Source: an uncultured Bacteroides sp. (GTDB lineage Bacteria; Bacteroidota; Bacteroidia; Bacteroidales; Bacteroidaceae). From it: a stretch of 64,000 bases of DNA. Positions 21,176 to 29,885 of this stretch are shown in pieces (within the stretch, counting starts at the first letter, position 1; each line of letters opens with the position of its first letter). Both the position numbers and the translations under genes were made by a program. The notes under the pieces are model-generated. The model ran no database searches. It was given only the letters and a program-made list of their open reading frames with translations, and was not told where the DNA came from. Location of the stretch: positions 2,415,807 to 2,479,806 of the forward strand of contig NZ_OY781098.2 of NCBI RefSeq assembly GCF_963676325.2, read 5' to 3'.

Positions 21176-24100
21176 TTATTTACCGGCATTCTCAATATAA
21201 TTGCATAGCAACTTTTTAGCTACACTGGCCGATGATTCTTTTGAAGTCAGATTCCCGCAAATATCCAGTGTGGAAAAGACAACCTTACCTTTACCACAAG
21301 GAATAACACCTACAGCCGTTCCCAGTTTAAGCGGATAACAATGATATGCTCCGGCAACCAGCTCCTCACCTTCCACTTCAAGGCCATAACTTTCGGAACC
21401 ATTCTTCACCACTGCCTGATATGGCCAATTCATACTATCATTGGTTGGCAGACCGCTGAATAATGGATGCTGTTTTACGAAATGAACACCTCCAAGCCAG
21501 GCTGTGCCCACCTGAAACTTACCGGAATAGGTTACTTTGGTATTTTTAGTAATCAGGTCCATCCATGTATCTGCATTATCAACCAGAATAAGCGTTGTTC
21601 CTTCTTTTGCCACCCGGTCTATTAGCTTTTGCGGATCAGCAGCATTCGTTTCCGGTGCCGACCATTGCAAACGGCATAAGCCAGCTATATTTTTAACCTG
21701 AACAAGATCAATACTCAGATTAAATGGTTTTCCTTTTGTGAAATTTACCAACACCTTATCACGTCCGCCACTGTTTTTCGTTATATCTATAATAGTAGCA
21801 CCATTTATTGTTAGTTGGCTAGCCCCACTTGTCTGCAATTCAAGGTAATACGCACCACTCACGGCAGGAATAATTTGTGTTTCCCAGCGGGCATTATACC
21901 TTTCCGTACTTGTTACAGAAGGATCAGGGGTAGCCCCCATTGCTACATTGAAATTAATATCCCGGTCTGTCCGCTGTGATATCTTGTCCTGAAATTTATT
22001 GTCTCTGTAAAATGATACAGTTACACCCTGTTTTCCATCAACAGTAAGAAGCTGATCTGTTGGTACAACACTTAGGTTACCTCCCATTGGTGGTCGGGAT
22101 ACTACAATCCAGTCAAGATGTTTGGCATTATCAGAGTAGTCCGTTACTGAAAGTTTTTTATCATTATTCAGAAAGTTCTTCAGAACACCGTTGTGTTCCC
22201 ATACAGCTCCGTTACCACCAAGCTTAGTTGAACGCCAGTCAACCGCCAGAAACTGATCGCTTCCTGAAGCTTTATTATTACCAGCATTATCAGAAAGAAC
22301 TATATCTATGCGATGCATTCCAGCGATTGCAGAAGTTGGAATCTCAATACCCTCAGCTATAAGTTGTCCGTAAACATCGCCTCCGGCAATTGTTGTTTCA
22401 ACTTCCTTACTAAAAATAGCTTTACCTTCAGGGTCTTTCACGGAAATTGAAAGTTTGTGAGCTCCTTTAAGATTCTTCTCGTTGATGATATAAAAATCAG
22501 TAACCACTTTATCATTCAGTTCAACTATCTGCTTACGTACTTTCACGGCAACATAAAGCGGCTGGTTGTACCGTGCAATAAGCGCAGTATCGCCTTTCAA
22601 GTTCCGGAAACAATCCACAACCCCTGAATGGTTCTCAATAGTCTGCGCTTCCCATCCATTAATGGCATAACCATCCGTATAGTTATCCAGGCGAATAGTC
22701 TCAATCTTACGTCCCTGATGTTCGATGGAAATATTTCCCATTGCCACGGTAAATGCATCAACAGTTGGAAATGCGGGATGAAGATTTTTTCGGGTAAGGA
22801 AATTATCAAAAGTCTTGTACCAATCCAAATACATAGCACCATCCCAACCCATATTAGGTGAAGCCTCAAGTGCGCTCTTTATCTTCTCCAATCGTGGAGG
22901 AGTAGATATAGCTCCCTCTTCTCCCCAGAAAACAATGTCCTTTTTATTTGCCGTATAGTTGTAATAATCAGTAGGACTCTTATAAAAGCTTTGGTTCCAC
23001 GCCTGAGGACCACCTGCATGATGGAAATCATACCAACCTTTCCAGTAAACCGTTGTATCATTAGGGCGAAGATGAATACGTGCCTGTTCATTTTCTTCCG
23101 CTCTGCACCATGCAGAAGTGCGGGTAATGGTACGTGTCGGGTCCAGTTTATGAGCTTCCAGCATATCACTGATATTCAGTTTCAATATATCCTCACTTAC
23201 CGGTCCGGCTTCATTGATCATGTTAAACATTACCAGACTTGGGTGACTACGATCACGCTTCACCATCCGCATCACTTTCTCGTGCATCAGGGTATGCCCA
23301 AACGGATTATCGGGATTCTGCCCACTGCGGTAGTTACCCGGTTCCTCATAATAAAGCAATCCCAGTTCGTCCGCTTTCTCCAGCACAACAGGAGCACCAA
23401 TACATCTGTGGAAATTCAGCATATTCAGTCCCATTGCCTTAGCAATACGTATCTGTTTCTCGGCCAATTCTTCTGTTGGATAAATGCCATTTATAGGCCA
23501 GAATCCCCAGCTGATGGCAGTACGCAGTACAATCCGCTTTCCATTGAGACGAAACATAGCATCCGAACCTTGTCCCACTGGTTCAAACCAACGGAACCCG
23601 AATACTTTATTATCCTCATCTATGGCATTCTTTCCATCAGTTATAGAAACCTTGCAAACATACAGATTTGGATTCTCTGTATCCCATAACTTTGCATCAG
23701 ATGCAGATATCTTAGCAGAGACAAGATTCTCTCCCGGTTTCAATTTCACATTCTTTATTTCCTGACGTGCAATTTCAGTATCGGGATTTTTCTTATCAAC
23801 TACCCGGACTATAATATTCCGGACAACTGCTTTTGCAGTGCTGTTTACAACAGTTATTTTCGGATTAACCTCCGTAATAGCAGGAGTATTCTGAACATAA
23901 ATATCGTCCACATAAACCGGAGCACACGAAACCAATTTCACACGTCCGGTAATTCCACCAAAAGCATGACTTCCCGGCACTTTATATTTTCCCCAGTTAA
24001 CTACATCGCCATCCCTCCAATCATAATTTCCACCCGGATCAGTAACACGCAATGCCAATTGCACTGTCTCTCCGGGTTTAGCATAATTAGTAATATCAAC

Positions 24101-24547
24101 CTCGAAAGGAGTATTTCCTGTTAAATCATAACCAGCAAGTTTCTGGTTAATGTAAACCTCCGAACGATAACGTGCCGCTTCAAAACGGAGCAACAATTTA
24201 CTACCCTTAGCAACATTAGGAATGGCGACAGTACGAAACCACCAGCTCACCCCCTGAATATCCCCTTCCGGTCCCGGTTTAACCTGTAGATATTCTTCCA
24301 CCGTACCAGGAACACTTACCTCTTTGGCTCCTTGAAGTGAGTTCCATCCACCAGTTGGTAAAGCAGCCGGTATTGATTTAATATTTTCTGAAGGAAGAAA
24401 TAATTGATCATTTTTCCACGAAGCATTCTTGTCATACCAAAGTTTCCAACCCTTTCCCGACAAGTCCGTTTCAATTCTGTTTTGAGAATGTAACAGGAAG
24501 ACTGGTGCACAACACAACAGTAATAATAGTTTCAGCGATTTTTGCAT
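21176..24547 (-). CDS. glycoside hydrolase family 2 protein with PA14-like insert
   Basis: 1123 aa with a signal peptide. It has the GH2 sugar-binding, Ig and TIM-barrel pattern (..HRCIGAP.., ..NMINEAGP..). A PA14-like segment (FYRDNKF...YNARWETQIIPAVSGAYYLELQTSGASQLTINGA) maps to about nt 21760-22030. Confidence 0.75.
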   Translation of the reverse strand: MQKSLKLLLLLCCAPVFLLHSQNRIETDLSGKGWKLWYDKNASWKNDQLFLPSENIKSIPAALPTGGWNSLQGAKEVSVPGTVEEYLQVKPGPEGDIQGVSWWFRTVAIPNVAKGSKLLLRFEAARYRSEVYINQKLAGYDLTGNTPFEVDITNYAKPGETVQLALRVTDPGGNYDWRDGDVVNWGKYKVPGSHAFGGITGRVKLVSCAPVYVDDIYVQNTPAITEVNPKITVVNSTAKAVVRNIIVRVVDKKNPDTEIARQEIKNVKLKPGENLVSAKISASDAKLWDTENPNLYVCKVSITDGKNAIDEDNKVFGFRWFEPVGQGSDAMFRLNGKRIVLRTAISWGFWPINGIYPTEELAEKQIRIAKAMGLNMLNFHRCIGAPVVLEKADELGLLYYEEPGNYRSGQNPDNPFGHTLMHEKVMRMVKRDRSHPSLVMFNMINEAGPVSEDILKLNISDMLEAHKLDPTRTITRTSAWCRAEENEQARIHLRPNDTTVYWKGWYDFHHAGGPQAWNQSFYKSPTDYYNYTANKKDIVFWGEEGAISTPPRLEKIKSALEASPNMGWDGAMYLDWYKTFDNFLTRKNLHPAFPTVDAFTVAMGNISIEHQGRKIETIRLDNYTDGYAINGWEAQTIENHSGVVDCFRNLKGDTALIARYNQPLYVAVKVRKQIVELNDKVVTDFYIINEKNLKGAHKLSISVKDPEGKAIFSKEVETTIAGGDVYGQLIAEGIEIPTSAIAGMHRIDIVLSDNAGNNKASGSDQFLAVDWRSTKLGGNGAVWEHNGVLKNFLNNDKKLSVTDYSDNAKHLDWIVVSRPPMGGNLSVVPTDQLLTVDGKQGVTVSFYRDNKFQDKISQRTDRDINFNVAMGATPDPSVTSTERYNARWETQIIPAVSGAYYLELQTSGASQLTINGATIIDITKNSGGRDKVLVNFTKGKPFNLSIDLVQVKNIAGLCRLQWSAPETNAADPQKLIDRVAKEGTTLILVDNADTWMDLITKNTKVTYSGKFQVGTAWLGGVHFVKQHPLFSGLPTNDSMNWPYQAVVKNGSESYGLEVEGEELVAGAYHCYPLKLGTAVGVIPCGKGKVVFSTLDICGNLTSKESSASVAKKLLCNYIENAGK

Positions 24548-24758
24548 AGTATTATTGCATATATATTTATAGTTTTAGATTAAAATCTATGCAATATTAG
24601 TCTTTTTAAAACATTTTGATGTGTACTTTTTATTGTAAAAAGGGGATTATTTGTGTAAGCCTTGTATTAAATGTATAAGATAGAGGAGATTCTGGAATAA
24701 ATCGAATTGTTAGTAACCTGTTACTTCTCCCAAAAAGAAGAAAAACAGTAACAATAGG

Positions 24759-24822
24759 AATAAATCCTGCATATTTGTAATCGTAATGACCATTACGGTA
24801 ATGGCCATTACGATTACTAACA
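24759..24822 (+). repeat. 64-bp hairpin repeat, copy 1 (left flank of the redox cassette)
   Basis: aataaatcctgcatatttGTAATCGTAATGACCATTACgGTAATGGCCATTACGATTACtaaca. It matches copy 2 with 2 substitutions and 1 indel, and contains two tandem 14-bp palindromes inside GTAATC/GATTAC arms. Confidence 0.85.
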
Positions 24823-25065
24823 TAATGCTTTCATATAAAACAAAAGATTTATGAGGTTCTATAATCGTAAAAAAGAGTTAGCTACAACTACTTAGAATTC
24901 GAAAAAACTCATTATCGTCTTCTGATTTAATACTCGCCCTCCGTCTTTTTCGTAAAGGCGGTCGCTTAAAGGATAAGATTTTCAAGTAAATGTTAAAAGC
25001 ACGAACAAATAACCCTCGCAGAACAAAAGATGCAAAAAAACGTCTGTTTGTGGCTATGAAAAGCT

Positions 25066-25479
25066 TTAATCATTATTTTCTAATTCCTCAATCGATTTCT
25101 TTATAAATTCAACCTTATCTTTTTTTACCTCTATCAACATTGTTTTTATATCTTCCGGAATAGGAAAATATTTTTCAGACCACAAATCAATTTCAATCAG
25201 TATGGGAAGTAGGTCAATCCCCCTTGGGGTTAACTTATATAATCCTTTTGCTTTGCTTTCCGGATCTTCTGATTTTTCAATAATCTTGTTTTCTTCCAAC
25301 GTCTGCAATCTAGTGGCTAAAATATTGGTAGCTATTCCTTCCGATGATTTTAAAAAATCGCTATATCTGCACTTTTTGGCAAACATCAAATCTCTGATAA
25401 TCAGCAGTGACCACTTATCTCCCCAAATATCTAGAGAACAACTAATAGGACAATCTGATCTTTTTTTAATCTTTTTCAT
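25066..25479 (-). CDS. HxlR family transcriptional regulator
   Basis: CPISCSLDIWGDKWSLLIIRDL is the hallmark HxlR N-terminus. Confidence 0.85.
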   Translation of the reverse strand: MKKIKKRSDCPISCSLDIWGDKWSLLIIRDLMFAKKCRYSDFLKSSEGIATNILATRLQTLEENKIIEKSEDPESKAKGLYKLTPRGIDLLPILIEIDLWSEKYFPIPEDIKTMLIEVKKDKVEFIKKSIEELENND

Positions 25480-25495
25480 AAAAACATTCTTAATT

Positions 25496-25545
25496 ACTTG
25501 CTATTTGCAAGTTCTTCATTATCTTTGCACTTGCAATTTGCAAGC
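25496..25545. promoter_or_regulatory. two ACTTGC-N5-GCAAG palindromes in the HxlR/OYE divergent intergenic region
   Basis: ACTTGCtatttGCAAGT (25496-25512) and ACTTGCaatttGCAAGc (25529-25545). Centres are 33 bp apart, within the 111-bp divergent promoter region. Confidence 0.45.
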
Positions 25546-25590
25546 AAAGGTACTAAATTATATCTATAACCACAAGAAAGGGAAGAAAAA

Positions 25591-26781
25591 ATGAACAAGG
25601 TATTTGAACCAATTAATTTGGCAGGAATAATATTTCCAAACAGAATTATCAGATCGGCAACCTATGAAGGAATGAGTGATGAGAGAGGTAACCCTACACC
25701 ACAATTGCTTAAAAAGTACGAAGCATTAGCAAAAGGAGGTGTAGGTGGAATTATAACCGGCTTTATTGGAGTAAATAAGCAAGGAAAGAGTACAGGCTAT
25801 AATATGTCTATGATAAATGAAGCCGAACATATTGATGCTTACAAGTGTTTAACGACAAAAATGCATGAGTTGGGAACTCCTATTATAGCACAACTTAATC
25901 ATTGTGGTGGTCAGACAAAAGAGAAAGCGACTGGTATGCCGGTTATTGCACCTTCAAAAATAGCAGACTATAAGGCTAAAGAAATGACTAAAGCTGATAT
26001 CTTAGAAGTAATAGAAGCGTTTGTTCAGGGAATAAAGAATGCAAAAGAGGCAGGTTTTGATGGTGTGCAAATTCATGTAGCACATGGATATTTACTTTCA
26101 GAATTTGTATCGCCCAGAATGAACAAAAGAACAGATGAATGGGGAGGAAATACTGAAAATAGATTTAGAATTATTAAAACAATAGTTGAAAAAGCCAGAA
26201 AGGAAGTGGGCAATTATCCAATGATTGTAAAAATGAATGGTTATGAAACATTGAAAAATGGACTTACAATTGAAGAATCTGTAAAGATAGCCAAACTATT
26301 AGAGCAGGCAGGATGCGATGGAATTGAAGTTTCTAATGGAACGGTAAAAGCCGGACTGGCAACAATGCGAGGACAGGTACCATGGGAACTTATGGTGGCA
26401 CAAAATAAAAAGTTGAATAAAATGCCCAAATTTGTAAAAGGAATTATCGGTGCTGTTGCAGAAAATACATTTCCTCAACCCCAACCCAAAAACCTATATA
26501 ATTTGGATGCTGCAATGTCAATCAAGAATGCAGTAAATATTCCGGTGATTGTTGTAGGCGGTATTACGAACTTAGAGGAAATAGAAGACATTATTGATAA
26601 TGACAAATGTGATATGGTTTCCATGTCAAGGCCATTTATACTCGAATCGGATTTAGTTAATAAGTTCAAAGCCGGGAAGCAGACACACGCAAAGTGTATT
26701 CAATGTAATTTCTGCATTATCGGCTCGGAAAGTGGACCTCTCAGGTGTTATTATGGAAAAGTTCCGGCAAGCCTGTCTTAG
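25591..26781 (+). CDS. NADH:flavin oxidoreductase (Old Yellow Enzyme family) with C-terminal Cys cluster
   Basis: FPNRIIRSATYEG...QLNHCGGQ...HVAHGYLLSEF are OYE motifs. The C-terminal CIQCNFC...C resembles the Fe-S motif of dienoyl-CoA-reductase-type OYEs. Confidence 0.8.
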   Translation: MNKVFEPINLAGIIFPNRIIRSATYEGMSDERGNPTPQLLKKYEALAKGGVGGIITGFIGVNKQGKSTGYNMSMINEAEHIDAYKCLTTKMHELGTPIIAQLNHCGGQTKEKATGMPVIAPSKIADYKAKEMTKADILEVIEAFVQGIKNAKEAGFDGVQIHVAHGYLLSEFVSPRMNKRTDEWGGNTENRFRIIKTIVEKARKEVGNYPMIVKMNGYETLKNGLTIEESVKIAKLLEQAGCDGIEVSNGTVKAGLATMRGQVPWELMVAQNKKLNKMPKFVKGIIGAVAENTFPQPQPKNLYNLDAAMSIKNAVNIPVIVVGGITNLEEIEDIIDNDKCDMVSMSRPFILESDLVNKFKAGKQTHAKCIQCNFCIIGSESGPLRCYYGKVPASLS

Positions 26782-26829
26782 CACTTACCGGATAATTATT
26801 TTTTAAATCTTCATCTAAAATAGAAAAAA

Positions 26830-27585
26830 ATGGAATTAAAAGGAAAAACAGTGCTAATTACAGGTGGCACAGCTGGTATAGGACTGGAAGCAACAAAGCA
26901 ATTTCTAGCAAACGGTGCAAAAGTTATAATAACTGGAAGGAATCAGGACAAACTGGATGCTGCAAAAAAAATGTATCCTGCTGTTGTAGCAATAAAGAGT
27001 GATGCAGCAAATGAAAGTGATGCACAATCATTGTTTAATAAAATAAAGGAATTGGGAGGAATTGATATTCTCTATAATAACGCCGGTGTGGTGAGTCCTC
27101 CGCTAAATCTAGGTGTTGCAAATAATAAACATATTGAAGGTGCTACATACGAAATAAATGTCAATTACCTCGGTGTTATCCGATTGAATAATCTTTTTAT
27201 GGAGATGCTGAAGGCTAGAAAAGAAGGGGCAATCATCAATACTACTTCTATTTTGAGTTTAGTTCCTTCGGTGATTGAACCTACCTATTCGGCCTCCAAA
27301 GTAGCATTGCATTTTTATACTGAAACACTCAGAAAACATTTACAGATTTTAAAGAGTAACGTAAAAGTATTTGAATTACTACCTCCTGTAGTTGCCACCG
27401 AGATGACTGCTGATAGAGAAAACAAGAAAATAAGCCCGGAGAATTTGGTAAAAGAATTAATTTTGGGACTAAAGAAAGATAAATATATCATTCGGGTAGG
27501 CGATTCAAAATTACTTTATTTCATCAACCGACTTTCCCCAAAAATTGCTTTTGGCTTAGTCAATCAAAATAGAACTAAAATTTAA
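26830..27585 (+). CDS. SDR family oxidoreductase
   Basis: TGGTAGIG Rossmann motif, NNAG, and a YSASK catalytic motif. Confidence 0.85.
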   Translation: MELKGKTVLITGGTAGIGLEATKQFLANGAKVIITGRNQDKLDAAKKMYPAVVAIKSDAANESDAQSLFNKIKELGGIDILYNNAGVVSPPLNLGVANNKHIEGATYEINVNYLGVIRLNNLFMEMLKARKEGAIINTTSILSLVPSVIEPTYSASKVALHFYTETLRKHLQILKSNVKVFELLPPVVATEMTADRENKKISPENLVKELILGLKKDKYIIRVGDSKLLYFINRLSPKIAFGLVNQNRTKI

Positions 27586-27591
27586 TCTCAC

Positions 27592-28593
27592 ATGAAAGCA
27601 TTTATAATTAATCAGTACAGCAAACAAAGTGGTTTAGAATTAGCCACGGTGCCAGAACCAATAGTAGAAAAAAATGATGTATTGGTTCAGGTATATGCCG
27701 CAGGTGTTAATCTGTTGGATTCAAAAATAAAATCAGGAGAGTTCAAACTTATTTTACCTTACAAGACTCCGTTTATAATTGGACACGATGTGGCAGGAGT
27801 TGTAGTTAAGATCGGCGATGAAGTACAAAATTTCAAAGTCGGCGATGAAGTCTATGCACGGCCATCTGACTATAGAATTGGAACTTTCGCCGAATTCATT
27901 TCGATAAACGAAAAAGATGTGGCAATTAAACCACAAAAACTTTCAATGGAAGAAGCCGCTTCGATACCTTTGGTAGGCTTAACTGCCTGGCAAGCATTAA
28001 TCGAAAAAGCAAATATTCAGAAAGGTCAGAAAGTTTTTATTCAAGCAGGCTCAGGTGGTGTTGGTACATTTGCCATTCAACTGGCAAAATATTTGGGTGC
28101 TACCGTGGCCACCACAACCAGTGCTGCCAATTTTGATTTGGTAAAGAGCCTTGGTGCTGATATTGTTATTGATTATAAAAAAGATGATTTTGAAACAATA
28201 CTTAAAAATTACGATGTTGTTTTGAATAGTCAGGATACAAAGACCTTGGAAAAGTCACTAAAAATATTAAAACCTGGAGGAAAAATTATATCCATTTCCG
28301 GACCACCCGATCCTGATTTTGCCAAAGGAATCGGATTAAGTTGGATAATGAAATTGATTCTGTCACTTTTGAGCTATAAAGTTCGAAATAAGGCAAAGCA
28401 GCATCGCGTCAGCTATTCTTTTCTTTTCATGAGAGCAAACGGAAATCAATTAAGCCAGATTACTTCACTTATTGATTCCGGAATTATACGTCCGGTTATG
28501 GACAAAGTATTTCCATTCGAAGCTACGAATGAGGCTTTGGCTTATGTGGAAACAGGACGAGCAAAGGGAAAGGTAGTCGTCAAGCTAAAATAA
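27592..28593 (+). CDS. MDR-superfamily NAD(P)H quinone oxidoreductase-like protein
   Basis: GroES-like N-terminal domain (VLVQVYAAGVNLLD) and a GSGGVG nucleotide-binding motif. Confidence 0.8.
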   Translation: MKAFIINQYSKQSGLELATVPEPIVEKNDVLVQVYAAGVNLLDSKIKSGEFKLILPYKTPFIIGHDVAGVVVKIGDEVQNFKVGDEVYARPSDYRIGTFAEFISINEKDVAIKPQKLSMEEAASIPLVGLTAWQALIEKANIQKGQKVFIQAGSGGVGTFAIQLAKYLGATVATTTSAANFDLVKSLGADIVIDYKKDDFETILKNYDVVLNSQDTKTLEKSLKILKPGGKIISISGPPDPDFAKGIGLSWIMKLILSLLSYKVRNKAKQHRVSYSFLFMRANGNQLSQITSLIDSGIIRPVMDKVFPFEATNEALAYVETGRAKGKVVVKLK

Positions 28594-28658
28594 TCTTATC
28601 AAAACAGCATAAGATAAATAATCAGTACCTATTTTGTTAATAAAATAATTAAGACACA

Positions 28659-29770
28659 ATGAATAAAGAAATATTATTTGAATCCTTTGATTTAAAAGGA
28701 TTACAGTTGAGAAATCGGATTGTTATGGCTCCTATGACCCGTAGCCGTTCAGATAACCCTGGTAATGTAGCAACCGAATTAACAGCTCTATATTATAAGC
28801 AACGGAGTTCAGCAGGTTTAATCATCACAGAAGGAACTTATGTTAGCCGTGATGCTGTTGGAGCTATTAATGTACCAGCCATTTATACGGACGAACAAGT
28901 TGAAGGCTGGAAATTGGTCACCAATGCAGTTCATCAGCAAGGTGGAAAAATTTTCGCCCAGTTATGGCACGTCGGTAGATTGTCTCACCCCGACTTACTT
29001 AACGGAGAACTCCCATTGGCACCTTCTGCTCTAAACCCAATGGCTCAGGTATTCACCCTTGAAGGTTTTAAAGATACAGTGAAAGCTCGCAAGATGACGT
29101 TAGAAGATATTCAAAAGACGATAAGCGACTTTAAGAACGCTGCCATAAATGCAATGAAAGCCGGATTCGATGGAGTCGAATTGCATGCAGCCAATGGTTA
29201 TCTGTTGCACCAGTTTTTTAACCTATATTCAAATACACGTCAGGATCAGTACGGCGGTTCAATAGAAAACCGAGCCCGTATATTATTCGACATACTAGAT
29301 GAGCTGCAAACCATAATGGATATTAAGCAGGTTGGGGTACGGTTAAATCCTTCACTACATGGTATACAAGGAATGATGTTAGATGAAGAAAGTATTGCTG
29401 TACATAACTATATTGTTGATAAATTGAATGACTACGACCTGGCTTATTTGCATTTGACAGAGCCTTTCACCGATATCTCCGGGAATCCTTTGGCCATTCA
29501 AGAGGTTGCTAAACATTTCCGCCCATATATAAAGGCACGCTGATCATTAACCGTGGGTTTAACAAGGAAACAGCCAATCAGGTGCTGAATGACGGTGACG
29601 CCGATCTGGTAGCTTTTGGTGCTCCTTATATAGCCAATCCGGACTTGGTGGAACGTTTTAAAGTTGATGCTCCGCTCAATCAACCGGATTCATCTACTTT
29701 CTACACTCCGGGTGAAAAAGGATATACCGATTATCCAAGCTTGCCCGACAAGTCTGTTTCAATCCTATAA
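28659..29770 (+). pseudogene. NemA-like alkene reductase (OYE family), frameshifted
   Basis: The 28659-29543 ORF has OYE motifs (MAPMTRSR, QLWHVGR, HAANGYLLHQF) and stops after ...HFRPYIKAR. The OYE C-terminus (IYKGTLIINRGF...DLVAFGAPYIANPDLVERF) continues in another frame to 29770. The shift lies in the cccatatataaagg run at about 29522-29535. Confidence 0.7.
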
Positions 29771-29812
29771 TGCATCTATTTATTACCTCTATTATTTATG
29801 TTATTATATAAA

Positions 29813-29877
29813 AATAAATCCTGTATATTTTGTAATCGTAATGACCATTACGGTAATAGCCATTACGATTACTAACA
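29813..29877 (+). repeat. 65-bp hairpin repeat, copy 2 (right flank of the redox cassette)
   Basis: aataaatcctgtatattttGTAATCGTAATGACCATTACgGTAATAGCCATTACGATTACtaaca, in the same orientation as copy 1. Confidence 0.85.
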
Positions 29878-29885
29878 GAAATCCA

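Noticed and set aside
22991-23689. 232-aa plus-strand ORF, plus several 60-96-aa ORFs on either strand, inside the GH2 gene
   Set aside because: They lie within or antisense to a well-supported 1123-aa GH2 reading frame. The translations are low-complexity with no motifs. These are typical shadow ORFs.
24885-24940. Weak similarity between 24885-24940 and 33820-33870 (shared cttRgaatt...cgaaaa...tatcgtctt)
   Set aside because: By eye it is only about 65-70% identity over about 55 nt in AT-rich DNA, with gaps. I cannot distinguish it from chance without an alignment statistic. It would be worth a dot plot but is not reportable.
25202-25594. 130-aa plus-strand ORF antisense to the first HxlR gene
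   Set aside because: It is the shadow of a clear HxlR frame and runs through the intergenic operator region.
24759-29877. Reading the 64-bp flanking hairpins as integron attC sites
   Set aside because: No intI integrase or attI is present. The element ends do not fit the RYYYAAC/GTTRRRY core sites. The enclosed unit is a five-gene, bidirectional, promoter-containing cluster rather than a promoterless cassette.
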